DNA of 64,000 nt, from positions 351,292,001 to 351,356,000 of the forward strand of contig OZ024740.1 of assembly GCA_964016885.1 (NCBI GenBank), in the 5' to 3' direction. This document shows positions 1 to 17,591 of the stretch, one piece after another (within the stretch, counting starts at the first letter, position 1; each line of letters begins with the position of its first letter). Source of the stretch: Eledone cirrhosa. Its lineage: Eukaryota. The translations under genes and the position numbers were made by a program. Below the pieces are notes generated by a model, which was not told the origin of the DNA, did no database searches, and was given only the letters and a program-made list of their open reading frames with translations.

Positions 1-483
1 TTTTATTCGATTATTTTATTTTATTTTGTTCCTTTACCATCTTATTCCTTCTACCACTTTATCACCTTTTTTTAGCTGACTCCAACAACAACACCACTAC
101 CAACATAAGAATAGAGGTCAGATGTACCTAACAATAAAAAGAACAACTACAGATTGGCTTGCCTCAGAACGAATTTCTATATACTTTTGACTGAGGAATG
201 TTCTAACAACTGACCAATGAGAGGAGAAGAGGCCCTTTGATGCTGAAATTCGTTTGTTTAAATCCATATGATTCCAGTTCCTCAGAGAATTAACAACCCA
301 ACCAGGAACTGGGCATATCAGAGTATTGACAAAGTTATACACCTCAACAACATGTGTACTCGTCTCTACCACACTAATTCGGACTGCCTGAATAGGTCAG
401 AGCCAAAGATGGCTGTCACCGAAATATATATAGCAGTAATAAACGAAGCCAAATTTTAAAAATTTGACTTATTTATTTCATTT

Positions 484-563
<80 letters not shown>

Positions 564-604
564 ATTTATATATATTTATATATATATATATTTATATATA
601 TATA

Positions 605-3134
<2,530 letters not shown>

Positions 3135-3219
3135 AAATATACTCCAAATATTTGTCGAGTGCTTTTATATCAGTTATAAATATTTACTAGTTGTAACACA
3201 ACAATTTAAATATAACTTT

Positions 3220-3280
<61 letters not shown>

Positions 3281-3399
3281 TATATAATATTTATATATAT
3301 ATATATTTATATATATATATATATATTCATATATATATATTTATATATATATATTTATATATATATATATTTACATATATATATTTATATATATATATT

Positions 3400-3431
<32 letters not shown>

Positions 3432-3445
3432 TATATATATATATT

Positions 3446-3517
<72 letters not shown>

Positions 3518-3629
3518 TATATATATATATTTACATATATATATTTATATATATATATATTTATATATATATATATATACTTATATATATATATATATTT
3601 ATATATATATTTATATTTATATATATATT

Positions 3630-3664
<35 letters not shown>

Positions 3665-3684
3665 TTATATTTATATATATATAC

Positions 3685-3750
<66 letters not shown>

Positions 3751-4528
3751 TTATATATATATATATAATATATATATATATATTCATATATATTATTTGT
3801 TGTTAACTAATTTGTTGTTTGTTTAATATTGTAAAACACTGTAATACAGCAGAATTTCAAAAGATTCGTTGTTTGTTTTGATATATTTCAGCTGATATAC
3901 ACATTGCTGTTTAATCAACCGAAATCTAAATAAATATTTTTGTTTTAGAATTACGAGTAAATAATATACAGTATATTTTATTGAATGTAGTAAGTGAATT
4001 CAGTTTAGTGTTAGAGTGGGTGAAACATGGAAATTGCTTTAGAAGTTAATTCTTCCGGTAGTATTTTCTGTCTTCTTATCAACCCATCTACTTTTCTATC
4101 GTCTATGTATCCATATCGTATTGCCCATCTCTCTCTATCTATGCGTCTGTCTCTATAAAGATATACCTTTGTAACATCTAACCCTCCCCCGCCACATATA
4201 TTTATATACATATTCAGACTGTCCCCCCATATTTCAACAGCATTCTAATAAAAAGTCTGTATACATTTTTTTTTGACATTCTGTTTATATATATATTATA
4301 CATAAAATAAAATGGAGAACATTAGTAAATTCCAACGGATCAAAGAAATGCGGGCTTTGCATTAGTGAAAAACAGCAGAATACTCCAATGAGTGCTTGAA
4401 CGCCTAAAGTGAAATTTTAAGGACCAGTTTGCATTTCAAAAATACTTGCACTCTGCATGGAAACACCAACAGCCAGACATACAACCACCTTCAAAATATT
4501 ACTCACAAACTATTACAATATTCCCCAT

Positions 4529-4800
4529 GCGTGGCTTAGTGGTTAGAGAGTTGGGTTCACAATCGTAAGGTTGTGTGTTCAATTTCCAGATCGAACGAGG
4601 CGTTGTGTCCTTAAGAAATACACTTTATTTCACGTTGCTTCATTGCACTGAGTTGCGACGACATTGGAAGTAAGCTGTATCGGCTTTTCCTTTTGCCTTT
4701 CCTTTGGACAACATTGGTGGAGTGGAAAAGGATGGCTGGCATGCATGGGCGACTGCTGGTCTTCCACAAAAACACCTCTTTCCCGGACTTGTGTTTCAGA
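4529..4800 (+). mobile_element. tRNA-derived SINE (second family)
   Basis: A-box-like TGGCTTAGTGG, B-box-like GTTCAATTTCC, then a ttgtgtccttaagaaatacact core-like segment. The 3' boundary is approximate. Confidence 0.6.
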
Positions 4801-4850
4801 GGGGTACTTTCTGGTTGCAAATCACATGGTCATTCGTGACCGAAAGGGGT

Positions 4851-4929
<79 letters not shown>

Positions 4930-5278
4930 ACGTGACAATCGCAAATCTTTTGAGACCGAAGTTTAAAATATTTGAAAATAAGAACACCATCATATTGAAA
5001 TCCCGAATGTTCAAGAACTCAAAATTTTGCGGATAGTATAAGATATATTACATAGAAGACCATTCTAGCAAACGTCCTATATGCTAGCAGCATTGGTTAT
5101 ACATTTCCAAGGGGTAAACATAGATTCACTTCATTTTTGATGGGGTTGACGGTAATGACGAGAGATTATTTGTGGTACACAGGCGGAATAAATACCACAA
5201 AGTACGCATTAGCTTAACAGCTTGAAATGTTTCCTGATTTTACCAGGATTCAAAATGATCCCAAATGTTTGCATATGC

Positions 5279-5427
<149 letters not shown>

Positions 5428-5469
5428 CACATGCAAAAATTTGGGATCGAGAGGGTCACAGTACGATGA

Positions 5470-5500
<31 letters not shown>

Positions 5501-5607
5501 CATACATATTCATCGTACTGTGACCTTCTCGTGCTGTTTTTATTGCTTTTGAATTTCGCAAATATATACTTACAATCATAGATACATGGAGAAAGAGAAA
5601 GAAGACT

Positions 5608-5700
<93 letters not shown>

Positions 5701-6139
5701 AGTTTGCGAAATACATTAACAAATATTTGTAATTGAAGCGCGGTAATGAACCGAAAAGAAAATTCTGAGAAATCAACTAATCAACGGCCTGCTGCCACCA
5801 GGGAAATGTTTAGAGCGATTGGTATCATATGCAACACACGTGTACACCGTCTAGTGAGACTTGATATTATCAAGAAACATAGTTTTACACTGAACGACAA
5901 ATTAAGTGGCCTCGGTGGAATGTTACGCAGGAGAGAAAAAAAATGTAAAAGGATATATTTGTTTACCATGTATATAAATGCTATAAAAATAAACAAAATA
6001 AATATATTTGTCATGCACTTTGAAAGAGCCACCCAGAATTTCTTTCCTTTTAAATCTTATGTTTTTTGTCATGTTATAATTTTTGATTTTGATTCGTTTC
6101 TTTCTTTTTGTGATGAACGGTGTAGAAAGTTTGAAAGTG

Positions 6140-6225
6140 TAGCCAACTTAGCCGTGCATGGCCAAATTTATCCGAGCTTAGCCGAGCTTAGCCGACCTTA
6201 GCTGAGCATAACCGAATCGAGTCAA
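6140..6225 (+). repeat. Degenerate 10-bp minisatellite (AGCCGAGCTT-like)
   Basis: agccaactta gccgtgcatg gccaaattta tccgagctta gccgagctta gccgacctta gctgagcata accgaatcga. Confidence 0.75.
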
Positions 6226-6717
6226 GTGAATCGATGAAATGTTTTCCATTCCCTGTTGTTTCTATTTTAACTTTATTTCCAGTACTAATACTGCTGAGAA
6301 AGTCATGAACAACACAACATCCCCATAGCTCATTACTGTAAAATTCATAGTTTCATCCATGGCATCTCTGTTTAGAAAATGTTTGCCTACTCAAGTAGAA
6401 CCAGCAGAAAATGGAAATACATTTAAATTTTCATCAGTGATAGCGTATGTATGTATGTATGTATGTATGTATGTATGTATGTATGTATGTATGTATGTAT
6501 GTATGTTATCTCTTTCTCTTAATTTCGAGTATATTTTTTTTGACCGGCCACCTTCCTGGTGGCAACGTTGTAAAAGAAAAGAAATTGTCATCCCTTGAAT
6601 CGCAAGAATGTTTTGCAAATTTTGAAGGTGCCAGCTATCGCAGCCATTTGTAGACTATGAATTAGGGAGCTGGTATGTATGTATGTATGTATGTATGTAT
6701 GTATGTATGTATGTATG

Positions 6718-6749
<32 letters not shown>

Positions 6750-7324
6750 GGCAACAACGCACGCGAACCAGTCAATGAACGGTTGTCACGTTCTCTTTAC
6801 CACCCCGCTGAAGTACGAAACCTCAGCAAATCAGAGGAAAGCAAGCTTTACGCATTAAAAAAGACATTCCAGCTTGCGGGGCCCATTCTTGTTGGTGGCC
6901 AACTCAGTTCAGATAGCAGTAAGTAGGAAAATATCCCATAGTTCAGTTACACCCCAGTTCAACTCAGATCAAGCAGATCTATGATGAAAAGACAAGCCTA
7001 CTGTTACCATCTAGTATATTTTCATAGATGGAGAATCAAGGAGCACATTAATGTTTCATTCATTTTTCATATAAAACGGTAGGGCGATTTGGTTGCTATT
7101 TCTAGCAAGCCGAGTGACAGAAGAGAGGCTCTCTCTCTCTTGTACTCCATTAGTATAAGAAAGTAGCAGTATAAGTATTAGTAGCAGCAACAGTAGTAGT
7201 AGAAGCAACAGCAGTAGTATTAGTAGCAGCAACAGTAATAATAGAAGCAACAGCAGTAGCAGTAGGAGCAGCAACAGTAGTAGTAATACTAGTAGCAGCA
7301 ATAGTAGTTTTATTATTAGTATTA

Positions 7325-7580
7325 GAGTTCAAATCCCGCCGAGGTTAACTTTGCCTTTCATCCTTACGGGGTCGATAAAATAAAGTACCAGTAATTCACT
7401 GGGTAATTGCTGGCCTTGTGCCTAAAGTAGAAACAATTATTAGTATTAGCTTTGCCTTTCATCGTTACGGGGTCGATAAAATAAATTACCAGTAATGCAC
7501 TGGGGTCGATTTAATCGACTTTCCCCTCTCCCAAAAATTGCTGGCCTTGTGACTATAGTAGAAGTCATTATTATTAGTAT
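7325..7580 (+). mobile_element. Two tandem 5'-truncated SINE copies with (ATT)n tails
   Basis: gagttcaaatcccgccgaggttaactttgcctttcatccttacggggtcgataaa...gctggccttgtgcct matches 9855-10065, 34797-34955 and 52938-53086. Confidence 0.85.
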
Positions 7581-8147
7581 TAGGTGGTGGTAGTGGTAGT
7601 GTTACAGCAACGGTAGTTATGTTGGTGGTGGTATTGGTAATTAAACATTAAATAAATAGTCAGAAGAGGGAATGGCATCGACGATCATGAACGCAGGTGC
7701 ACCCAACTTAGTGAGATCAATGTGTTACTTTTACCTTGAAGTGTTATGTTGATACCTACAGGGAGTTGGAGGAAACTTAAGCGGCAAGGGAATTACTGTG
7801 GAAATGCGACTAGGAGAAATGATCTAACAAATTCTATAGCGTAAAGTTCGGGATTGGTAAGTGACTAGAGAAATAGCAAAAGACGGATGAATATGGTGGA
7901 TTTGATGGAGATAGTATGTAGCTGTTAGTTCAGAAAATTAGAAACTGAGGAAGTTACTGTAAAAACGATAGAAAGTATTCCAGTGAGCTTATAGTTATAG
8001 CAAGCTGGGGAGTAACTATTTTATAATCAGCTGGACGGCCATGTTTTAGTCGCTTGTATGTGGCAACAACAACAACAGCAGTAGTAGTAGCAGTAGTAGT
8101 AGAAGCAGCAGCTACAGCAGCAACAGCAGCAGCAGCAGCAGCAGTAT

Positions 8148-8218
<71 letters not shown>

Positions 8219-9179
8219 AGGAGGCAGTGACCCCATGGACGATTTACCATTTCAAAAAATATGTAAAACCGAGGTAATAACGACAAATGTAAGGGAATAA
8301 CAAAGAAGTGGCGCTTAACATTCCCACGATATCAATAGAGAAAAAACATTTCCTGGAACATATTTTTTAAGAAAGCTCAAACAACTTACTAGATTTATAA
8401 CATTTGCTACCATAAGATATATTATTGATTTGTTTTATATAATCAATGATCTCTGTAGCTTAATAAAAATCAATTTAGAAAAGGTGTTTTTATTGTATAA
8501 GTTATGTCATTTTACAGTTTTGTTGAAATACAATCTTGCGTGAGATTTAAAATTCAAAGGTTCGCAGATCATAAATACAGATAAAATAGATAGGATGCTT
8601 TTTTGTAAAGGGTAAATTGTGTACTATTCATTCCCCTGTGAAAGGACTTCATCAAAAGGTCTATTGGGAATCTATCTATGCAAGTTGAATGCACAAAAAC
8701 TATCAATTCTAGCTTATCTGTATGTTAACTACTGACTAATTCTGAGTAGCTAGAAGTTATGTAAACAATTGTTTCGTCAAAGTCACTTTCATACATCATT
8801 GTTGTTTTATCTTTTTTGCTTCTATATTTGCTTTGCGCAGATTCTGATTCGAGATAGGCTTTGATTTTGTATGTCCATTAATCTTTAAGTCTATCGGATT
8901 GCCTTCTTAATTTAATTCCGCTCTACTTAATTTGGTCAGATAATAAGCATACACGTCATTAGTTATCTTCTTAATATCAATTTTTTTCTTGTATTTTATA
9001 TTTATCGATAAGTATCTTTTTCAGTGGTTTTTATTTTGCGTAAGTAAGAAATCAATACAGGTTTCTTTTGGTTAAGCATAAAAACTATACAAAAGCCAAT
9101 TTGTTACATTCATATTAGGCAGATAGTGAAAGATATGCGGAGTGATGGCCTTGGATCTAGTCTGGGCCTCGAAGACAAT

Positions 9180-9450
9180 TTGAGTAGCCTCTTCTGGAGG
9201 CTCATCCAGTGCTCACCTCTGGTTGATTTGTGGGTTTATGAAGAACAACCATCATCACAGATGGAAGAGATTTAGCTGTTAGCCGAGTCTATAGGGAAGA
9301 ATGAACCCCTACCTTTCTTTATCATGGTAATTTTACTTTGCCTGTAAGCTATGGGGAAGGAAGCAATATGGTGGTTGCGATTGAAAGGTTTAAGGAGGGA
9401 GTGTTTCCTCTTCGGACAAATACTCATCGACTACTTCAAAGATTACTAAA
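9180..9450 (+). pseudogene. Decayed 3' fragment of a Tx1/L1-type ORF2
   Basis: gctatggggaaggaagcaatatggtggttgcgattgaaagg parallels AMVKEVVWWTRLKG at 18930-18975. Confidence 0.55.
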
Positions 9451-9849
9451 TCAAATAAACTACCAGTTCAATGATGATTAGTTCAAATACATGACAGGAA
9501 TTTAATTATATGTCTATGCACATATATTCCCGTTGAAGGATGTATAGCTTCAAAAGTCTATCAATCGTCCTGACACATTTTGCCATTAGATCAAGACTAA
9601 GATTCTGATTACAGAGTGGTGTGTGCTACAGTCTATTCTACATTAAACATCTTACACAGCGGAAGCTCAGTTATGATCTTCATTAATGTACTACTCTCAT
9701 ATATGTGACGATGCTGTTGTTACGCACACCACAAATATTTTAAATCGTATACAAATGAAAGCCATTCAATTAGTTGGTTATGATTAACTAACAATCTCAC
9801 TTCAATAATTGGTTCACAGAAGTCATGCCTCCTCTCTCTCGCTGTCGCT

Positions 9850-10065
9850 GGTATTATCGGTAGAGCGTCGGACGCCATGTTTTGCAGCATAGAGTTACAG
9901 CTCTTTATGATCTGAGTTCAAATCCCGCCGAGGTTAACTTTGCCTTTCATCCTTACGGGGTCAATAAAATAAAGTATCAGTCACGCACTGGGGTCGATTT
10001 AATCGACTTTCCCTGCCCCAAAATTGCTGGCCTTGTGCCTATATAATAAACCATTATTATTATTA
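9850..10065 (+). mobile_element. Near full-length tRNA-derived SINE with (ATT)n tail
   Basis: A-box-like tggtattatcggtagagc, B-box gagttcaaatccc, conserved core ccttacggggtcaataaaataaagta and an attattatt tail. Confidence 0.85.
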
Positions 10066-10999
10066 GCTACGAGATATGTAATTCCTTATCTTATTTTAAC
10101 CGTTTCATATTTTCTTATCCTTGAGATATGACCGTGCCAGTCATAGTGTTACTATCCACCACTATATCCGATAGATAATACATAAACCAATTGTCTGGAC
10201 AGGTACATACTTAAACAGGTACATATTTAGAAGGCAAGAAACATTAATTTTGTCACCCGAAGGATCATATGGAACGAGAAAAGTTGACTAGAAACGGAAT
10301 GAATGAGCGGCTTCGTACAAATAAATATACTCTACGTGTTTTAATACTATTTTTCTCGCTTCTTAAACCAAACATATACGTGTGCATGTATATAGAGACA
10401 CACATATACAGTTGTACAAACAAAAGAAAGTAGCATTCAGCATGTGTCGACAACATTAAATATTTGCATTAACAGATAGTGAATTAGCTTTTCATTAGGT
10501 ATAGTTTCACAGTTACAAAATTCTCCCAGATCATTTGGATGCATTGACCTATGAGAACAATTCAAGCGATCAGCCAGGCTTTTTGGTGTCAGGCAAACTA
10601 TATGTAATACAGAGGTAAATCACAGACTGTTAATACAAATATAGTATAATTTATATATATAAAATGCATGATTACATGACATGTATTTAGTTTGTTTCGG
10701 AAACTGTACTGAGCGCATATTTCAAGATCATAATGTGCATCAAGATCATCATGTGTGCATGTGCATTTGGGAGTGAGTGTGTGTATTACTCCTTTTAGTC
10801 CTTGAAGTGTAGCCATTTTCGAGCAACCCCTTCAAAGTTTTCGTCGATCGTATCGGTCCCAGGATCCTTTTCCTGTGTGTAATATTTTTATATCAATCTC
10901 TCTATATCGGCTCGCTAATTTACGTTTCGATTTAAAGGGACAGACCATGTAACATTACCTTTATTATTCCCCCACGCCACACACACCTGGAATCCGACT

Positions 11000-12150
11000 T
11001 CAGATTGGTAAATAAAGTGTTCTGCCTACTTCGTAATAAGAAGTCCTCCTCCACACCTGCTATCAGGAACACATCTGAGGTTCTCCTCTCTTCAGAAGGG
11101 TAGAGAGAATAGTTTGCTGATCACCTAAACCCGATCATAACATCTTTTGATATACACGATGTGCATCTGGGAGCGGTTACTAATATCGTGGAGGCTGAGG
11201 TCACAAGAGCAATTAAAGCTCGAATGAGACAAGGCTACCTGGGAAGATGAAATCCGGCCCGAGATGTTAAAAGTCTTAAATCGAGAAGATATTCTCTGGC
11301 TGATTCGTTTGTTCTGGGTGGCCTGAATCTCTGGAAAGGCACCTAAACAATGGCAATCGGGAGTGATAAGCCCGATTTTCAGAAAGGAGACAAGAGCGAT
11401 TGTTCCAATTGCTGGGGGATCTGCTTGTTAAGCCTACCCTGTAAAGTCTATGAGAAGTGTCTGGCAAAAAGATGTAGGGAAATTGTCGAGTCCAATATAA
11501 TTGGTGAACAGTGTGGTTTTCGCCCCGGATGCAACACAGCCGACTAAATATTCACACTGGGGCAGGTCTTCGAGAAATTGTGGGAGTATTGCAAAGTGGT
11601 GTATTCTTGTTATGTAGATTTTGAAAAGGCATATGACAGCGTTCTTCGGAAGGTGCTCTGGAAGGTTCTTCAGGAGTATTGGATCGATGGTCAGCTTTTT
11701 GTTGCTCTGACGTCTCTATGCGAATCCCCGTGTATTTGTGTTCGGATAAATGGTTCTAAATAGAAACCATTCAAGGTGGGTGTCGGACTCCACCAAGGAT
11801 GCGTACTGTCACCGCCCCTTTTCATTATTTTCATGAACAGGTTTGACATGCACAGCCGGGTTGAAAGTGATATCACGACTGGCAGGTGTAAATTCAGTCG
11901 GTTGGAATTTGCAGAGGACATGGTGTTACTTACTTCGACAGAAGGTAACCTCCGACTTGCACGTGGTAGGTTTGCTGCCGAGTGCTGCATAGCTGGAATG
12001 AAAATCAGTGCTGCGAAAATTGAGACGCTCGTCCTACCAAGGAAGCCTGCGCAGTGCACTGGAGTTCCACTGAAGCAGGCGGAGAAGTTCAAGTATCTCA
12101 GGGCCGTGTTCACGAGTGATGAAAGGCAGGAGGCTGAATTAAAACAAAAT
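11000..12150 (+). pseudogene. Decayed RTE-clade (Expander/Rex3-like) LINE reverse transcriptase
   Basis: Broken frames give EQCGFRPG, YVDFEKAYD, GLHQGCVLSPPLF, FAED and AGMKISAAKIETLVL..EKFKYL. Confidence 0.85.
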
Positions 12151-12235
12151 ATCTAGCTGTTGAAACGGTAAAAGCTCAACCGTCGGGGTCCCGAATTTAT
12201 TCATATATATATGTGTATGTATATATATATGTATG

Positions 12236-12333
<98 letters not shown>

Positions 12334-12679
12334 AAAGACGTAAAATAAGAAAATTATAAAAATTAACTTACTTACTAAAATTTCACTCAAACTAATTAGT
12401 TTCTGAAAGGGAATAAACATAGTTTCCGAAGAAACGTACGGAGAAGCCTTTCGTCATCAGGGAAGTCGATTCTCAGCTAAGTTTCCAGGCAATGCGTGGA
12501 CACAGGTAACTTATACAAAAATAATTTAGTGGATGGAAATCAAAGCGTGGACTAAGTTCCAAGCCATTGAAAAAATCACTGCCTACTGCGTCGGTGGCAA
12601 ATTGAAAAGAATCAATCACGTGACATCTGTATATATATGTTAGTAGATATATTAATTCTTTATATATATATGTATGTAT

Positions 12680-12735
<56 letters not shown>

Positions 12736-12966
12736 TGTGTGTGTGTGTGTGTGTGTATATATGTGTGTGTGTGTGTGTGTATGTATATGTGTGTGTGTGT
12801 ATGTATATATGTGCGTGTGTGGGTTTCTGTACGTATACGAGTATGTGTATGCGTGTATTTGTGTGTATATCAAACTCCATCGTTAAAATTATGGAAACTA
12901 CTCAATGTCACAAACGTATAACTAGAGTAAGTTTTGTTGGTGATGATGTCACAGAATATGTGATAC

Positions 12967-13219
12967 CAGGGGTGGTAGAAGCATTCCTGAATTGGGGAAG
13001 GCAGTGGGGGAAATATTTGGTCAATTTAGTTGTAGTGATTAGTTTAGCTCTTTGCACTCTAAAATCGTCATAAGTCTTCGATATGCGATAGACATAACAT
13101 GTGCATAAATTGTAGCGCATATCCAAATAGATGTGTTTTGGTAGTTTGGGGAAAAAAATATAATTATTGGTGGTGGTGGGGGATAGTCATCTTGGCTCTC
13201 CCCAAACCCACCACCCCTG
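12967..13219. mobile_element. MITE-like element with CAGGGGTGG terminal inverted repeats
   Basis: Ends are caggggtggtag...ccaccacccctg. The interior is homologous to 19823-20243. No TSD is evident. Confidence 0.6.
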
Positions 13220-13345
13220 TATATATATATATTATATATATATAATTTAAAACAGATTATGCTCTGTATCCTTTCCTAAAGGGTTAATATATGGAACTTC
13301 TTGGCATTTGGTAAGAAATTGGTATTATACCCAATTTATTCATCT

Positions 13346-13401
<56 letters not shown>

Positions 13402-13994
13402 AATTTTAGTACAGCATTAACGAAGCTTTAGTTTGCGGCCAAGCTAACGAATGCAAATTCGGTATGTAGCTTTAGCACTCGAATGGGAATAGTACCCCAG
13501 AGTAATAACAATACGTTTAGACAGGTTAGCAAATCAAATATAGTGATCGGCAGTCCAGCCGCATTACCACCGCAACGAAAATACAGGACTCAGGAAAAGA
13601 GTTTAGACTGACCTGGACAAAACGCTGGGACCAAATGCAATATATAATGCATATCGTATAGCACACGATATACATCACATACAGCACACAACATCCACGC
13701 TAGGTTTCTGCAAATCCAAGATCGACAAATTCCGCTTACAGGGTCTGCAAGTTAATGGTTTTTTGGCGACAGAACAAAGGATTTACTACTTCAGCAAGTC
13801 TTGTGTTCTTTAGCCTCTGCGGCTATGTTCTAGCAGTGAATATCGCTATAGACACGTGGTTTTCTTCAAGGGAGGTAACCCCAACTTTGGCGGTGAATTC
13901 AAATTTGAGACAAAGGAATGAAATTCCTTTAGACAAACCGAATTAAGCACTCAACCAGATTTATATATATATATATATATGTATATGTATATAC

Positions 13995-14143
13995 ATTCAT
14001 TTATTATGGCTATTGGTGAGCCTTGCAACTCTAAAGTTTCACCTGCGCAATCACAGGATCACCAGTCTTGCCTGGCGATCCTGTGAGTACGCAAGTGAAA
14101 CTCCAGAGTAACAAGGCTCATTACTTAACCATAATAAATGAAT
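13995..14143. repeat. Imperfect ~150-bp fold-back palindrome containing a hammerhead 3' half
   Basis: attcatttattatgg..tgagccttg..gtttcac..tcacaggatc pairs with gatcctgtga..gtgaaac..caaggctca..ccataataaatgaat. Contains GAAA-ctccagag-TA-acaagg. Confidence 0.75.
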
Positions 14144-14189
14144 ATTTAAACTCTACTTCGGTATTGAGTTTTCATTCTTAGGCCCGTCA

Positions 14190-14220
<31 letters not shown>

Positions 14221-14358
14221 CTAAAATAACAGATTAAAGTTTAAGCAAAGAATCGCTGCTTTCCCCCCTAACGGGATCTTCTGTTACTAAAAAAATCAAT
14301 CTGTGAACGCAGAAGTAAATATTTCGAAAAATGTTCCACACTATATATAGAGATAGAT

Positions 14359-14416
<58 letters not shown>

Positions 14417-14439
14417 CGTCATAATGTCGTAATGCAGAC

Positions 14440-14708
14440 ACCAGACATACAGACAGATATTATAAGGGCGCAACGTTATATCTATGTATCTATCTAAAAA
14501 GAAAGACTAAGAATTATAGAGAGAGATCGCTAAATCGCATAATGCGGTCCCTAGGGCATTGAAAATTTGAAACATTCTTTGCTCAACATACTCACAGGAC
14601 CATAAGTATTACATGTGTTAAGTTTGAAAACAATCGGGTGGGTGGTTCTCGAGTTTTAGGGAGTCAGACAGACAGACAGACAGACATTCTCTGTTTTAGA
14701 TATATAGA
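14440..14708 (-). mobile_element. 5' part of a non-autonomous Helitron (same family as 26234-26730)
   Basis: The minus strand starts A|TCTATATATCTAAAACAGAGAATGTCTGTCTG, and the interior is homologous to 26234-26500. Confidence 0.7.
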
Positions 14709-15739
14709 TAATATTAATTTTAGTATCATTAATTATATAATAATTTTAATCGTTTAAGCCAACATTCGCCAACCAACTAAGCGATAACGACATGGAAAAA
14801 AGACGTGGTAGGGAGTGACAAGGCTTTCGGACCGCCCTGTACATTAAAAAAAACACATTATATATGACGAAAAAAGAACATTACAAAGAATCCCATATTT
14901 ACAAACGTACACGATACAATTACCCCCCCCCCCCCCGCTTATAAGAATTTAAGCAAATGTCCCCCCCTCCCCCTGCTTGTTCCAATCCCTCCTATTATTT
15001 GGGACTCGAGAGTATTACCAAACTCTCTTCCTCTGCATATCTATCACACAAAACTCTCTTTTAATACACATCTCTATATCTACTACCGCCAAATTTTCCC
15101 CTCTCTATATCTAACACTAATATACTCTTCCCTTCTCTATAAATATCTACACTTTATCACTCTCTATATCAATCACCCCGAAATTCTTCCCCCCTCTATA
15201 TCTACTACACGATACTCACCCATTATCCGTCTCTCTATTTCTACAACCACAAAATTCTCCCCCTCTCTATATGTAACATACAAAACACTCTCCCAATTCC
15301 CCTCTTTATATCACCCCTCACCTTCTCTACCACACGGCATACTCTCATTATCCATCCCAGTCTATCCTTCACCAGCAAGCCTTCCCTCTCACTTTATCAA
15401 TCAGGACTACGCTCTTTCCCTCTCTGTATCTATTATGCAACACTCTTGTAAGCGTTCTCTCTCTATCCATCACAGACTCCCACATCTATATCTTTTACGA
15501 CACTATCTCTCCTAACCCCCTCTCTATATCAATTACCACTTGATATAGACGTGAATTACTTCGCTCCGGATTTTTATGGATTATTGTCAAAAAAACTGTG
15601 AGTTCATTGCTCAATTTAATAACATTGTTTAGTTTAACCCCTTGCCTGGGCCGTCAGACGTTGAGTCAACTAATTTTCGCCCCTTTCTGGGGCGAAATTT
15701 TCATTTTCATCTCAAAACTGTGTAGACTTGGTATCAGCA

Positions 15740-17549
15740 ATGGATGCCATTTCCACCTCGCACACTGTCGTGAGTGCCACGCCCACTAAGAAAAGTGGTG
15801 GAGAACAAAGCTTGCAGCCTTCCCCCCTCGCATTATCGAAAAACGTTGAAAATATTGAAACCACGAAACCAAACCCGGTAAATAATACCAGCACCAACAA
15901 CAAGTACAATGACAATAACTCCACAACCAACAACTGCAACAATAGCAACACCAAGGAAAACATGAACAATATTACCAACAGTGACAACAACAGCAGCAAC
16001 AAAAAAGACAACACCAAAAAAACATTCGCACAGACTGTAAAAAAAAAACGAACTATACACGCCAATAGACATAACAAATGCTAAACAACTATTACAAGAC
16101 GCAAAACAATTCGTGACTTTTGGCGAAAACGGTGCTTTTAGCATCAATTCTCCACAGGAATTACGTAGAGAGGCTGTCCTGAAAACTGTGGTTTTCAGGA
16201 CAATATCGAACGAAACAAGAAAACCAGCTCAATTATCACAAAATGAAAATGAGCTGGTTCTAAAAGATGCAATGAAGGACTTAACCTTCATACAAAAAGG
16301 TAAACTGTTTGGTAGCATTTCGGTGCTAATGAACAACCAGTCAACAGCACAAAAGTACTCGGTATCACCCATTGTGTCCCCCCGCTTCACCTTTTTCCAC
16401 ACATACAGGGGAAAAAGGACACAAAGAATAAAAATAATGAGTATCACACCAAATGTAAATATTTGGTGGATACTATGTGGAATCATTGACTTTGATGAAG
16501 ACAAGATAATTTCAATAGGAAAGTCCTCCGGGGGTGTATTTGGTGGGACCAGCGTAAAAGTTCTAGTGCAAATGAGCCCAGAACGAATAGCGAATATCCC
16601 ACAACGCGTGCGTCTGGACGGGCTAACTTATATAAACATTTCAGTGGAGGGAAGGCGGCCGTCATGTTACCGCTGCTTAAGCAGAGGTCACCTGAGGGCT
16701 GCCTGTCCTCAATTAACGAGTCAAAAAAAAAGGCTCTTCTGCCAACCCCGAACACAACAACATAACCACCACCACCACCACTACCACCACCACCACAACA
16801 ACAACAACAACAACAACAACCACAACAACACGGAAAAATAACAACACAAAACACTGTTCCACCCAACCCCTCCTCACCTAAAACAAATACAAAAGCAACC
16901 ACAACAAAACCCCAAAATATACCCCTCCCCAACAACACGGAAGAGGACTCCGTATCAACATCACCCAGTGACGACGAGGAAGAACCCTTTCAACAGGTGA
17001 AAAGAAAAAAAAAAGGCACCAAATTAACAAAAATGCCACAAACACACAACCACCAGCACAAACAGAACAAACATCACAAATAAAAAAAACCCACCCCTCC
17101 CCAAAACATAACACATACTACAAAACGCAAACACGCACACGAACAACAAACAAAAACAAACACAACACAACAAAAACTCTATACATACATTAACAAGAAC
17201 AATAAAACGTTGATGAAAGCAGTAGAAAATAACCCTTCGATGGAAACCGAAGGGATCACTTTCACCTACGCAGCGAACAAACCGCACCTAATGAGGATTA
17301 GGGTCCCAGCGGAAACCTATGTAACTTTGAAAAAGAACCATCCAATGCATGTAGGGACCAACTGCACCAAACCACGTCCTATTGAGATGTTTCCCCACCC
17401 CCACACCAGACAACCACACCCCACCAAACACCCTAATCCCACCACACACTGATGTCCTCACCCCACCACAAACCATCACCCCACCAAACAACCTTTCCAA
17501 CACCCCCATGGAAATTGTGCAGCCTGGTCCCCAGGAGACGAAGAGGTAA
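15740..17549 (+). pseudogene. ORF1 (gag-like, CCHC zinc knuckle) of the Tx1-type element, frameshifted
   Basis: CYRCLSRGHLRAAC (CX2CX4HX4C) in ORF 16113..16841, with low-complexity flanks and frame breaks at A-runs. Confidence 0.75.
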
Positions 17550-17591
17550 GTAATTTCCTTTCCTCTTCTTTTTTAACTCTTCAACACCAAC

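Noticed and set aside
4529-4600. tRNA gene
   Set aside because: A/B boxes are present but there is no cloverleaf, and it runs into a SINE body.
8300-9830. Faint RT-like remnants (also 120-460 and 22400-22800)
   Set aside because: Apart from the Tx1 fragment listed, these are too decayed to assign without a profile search.
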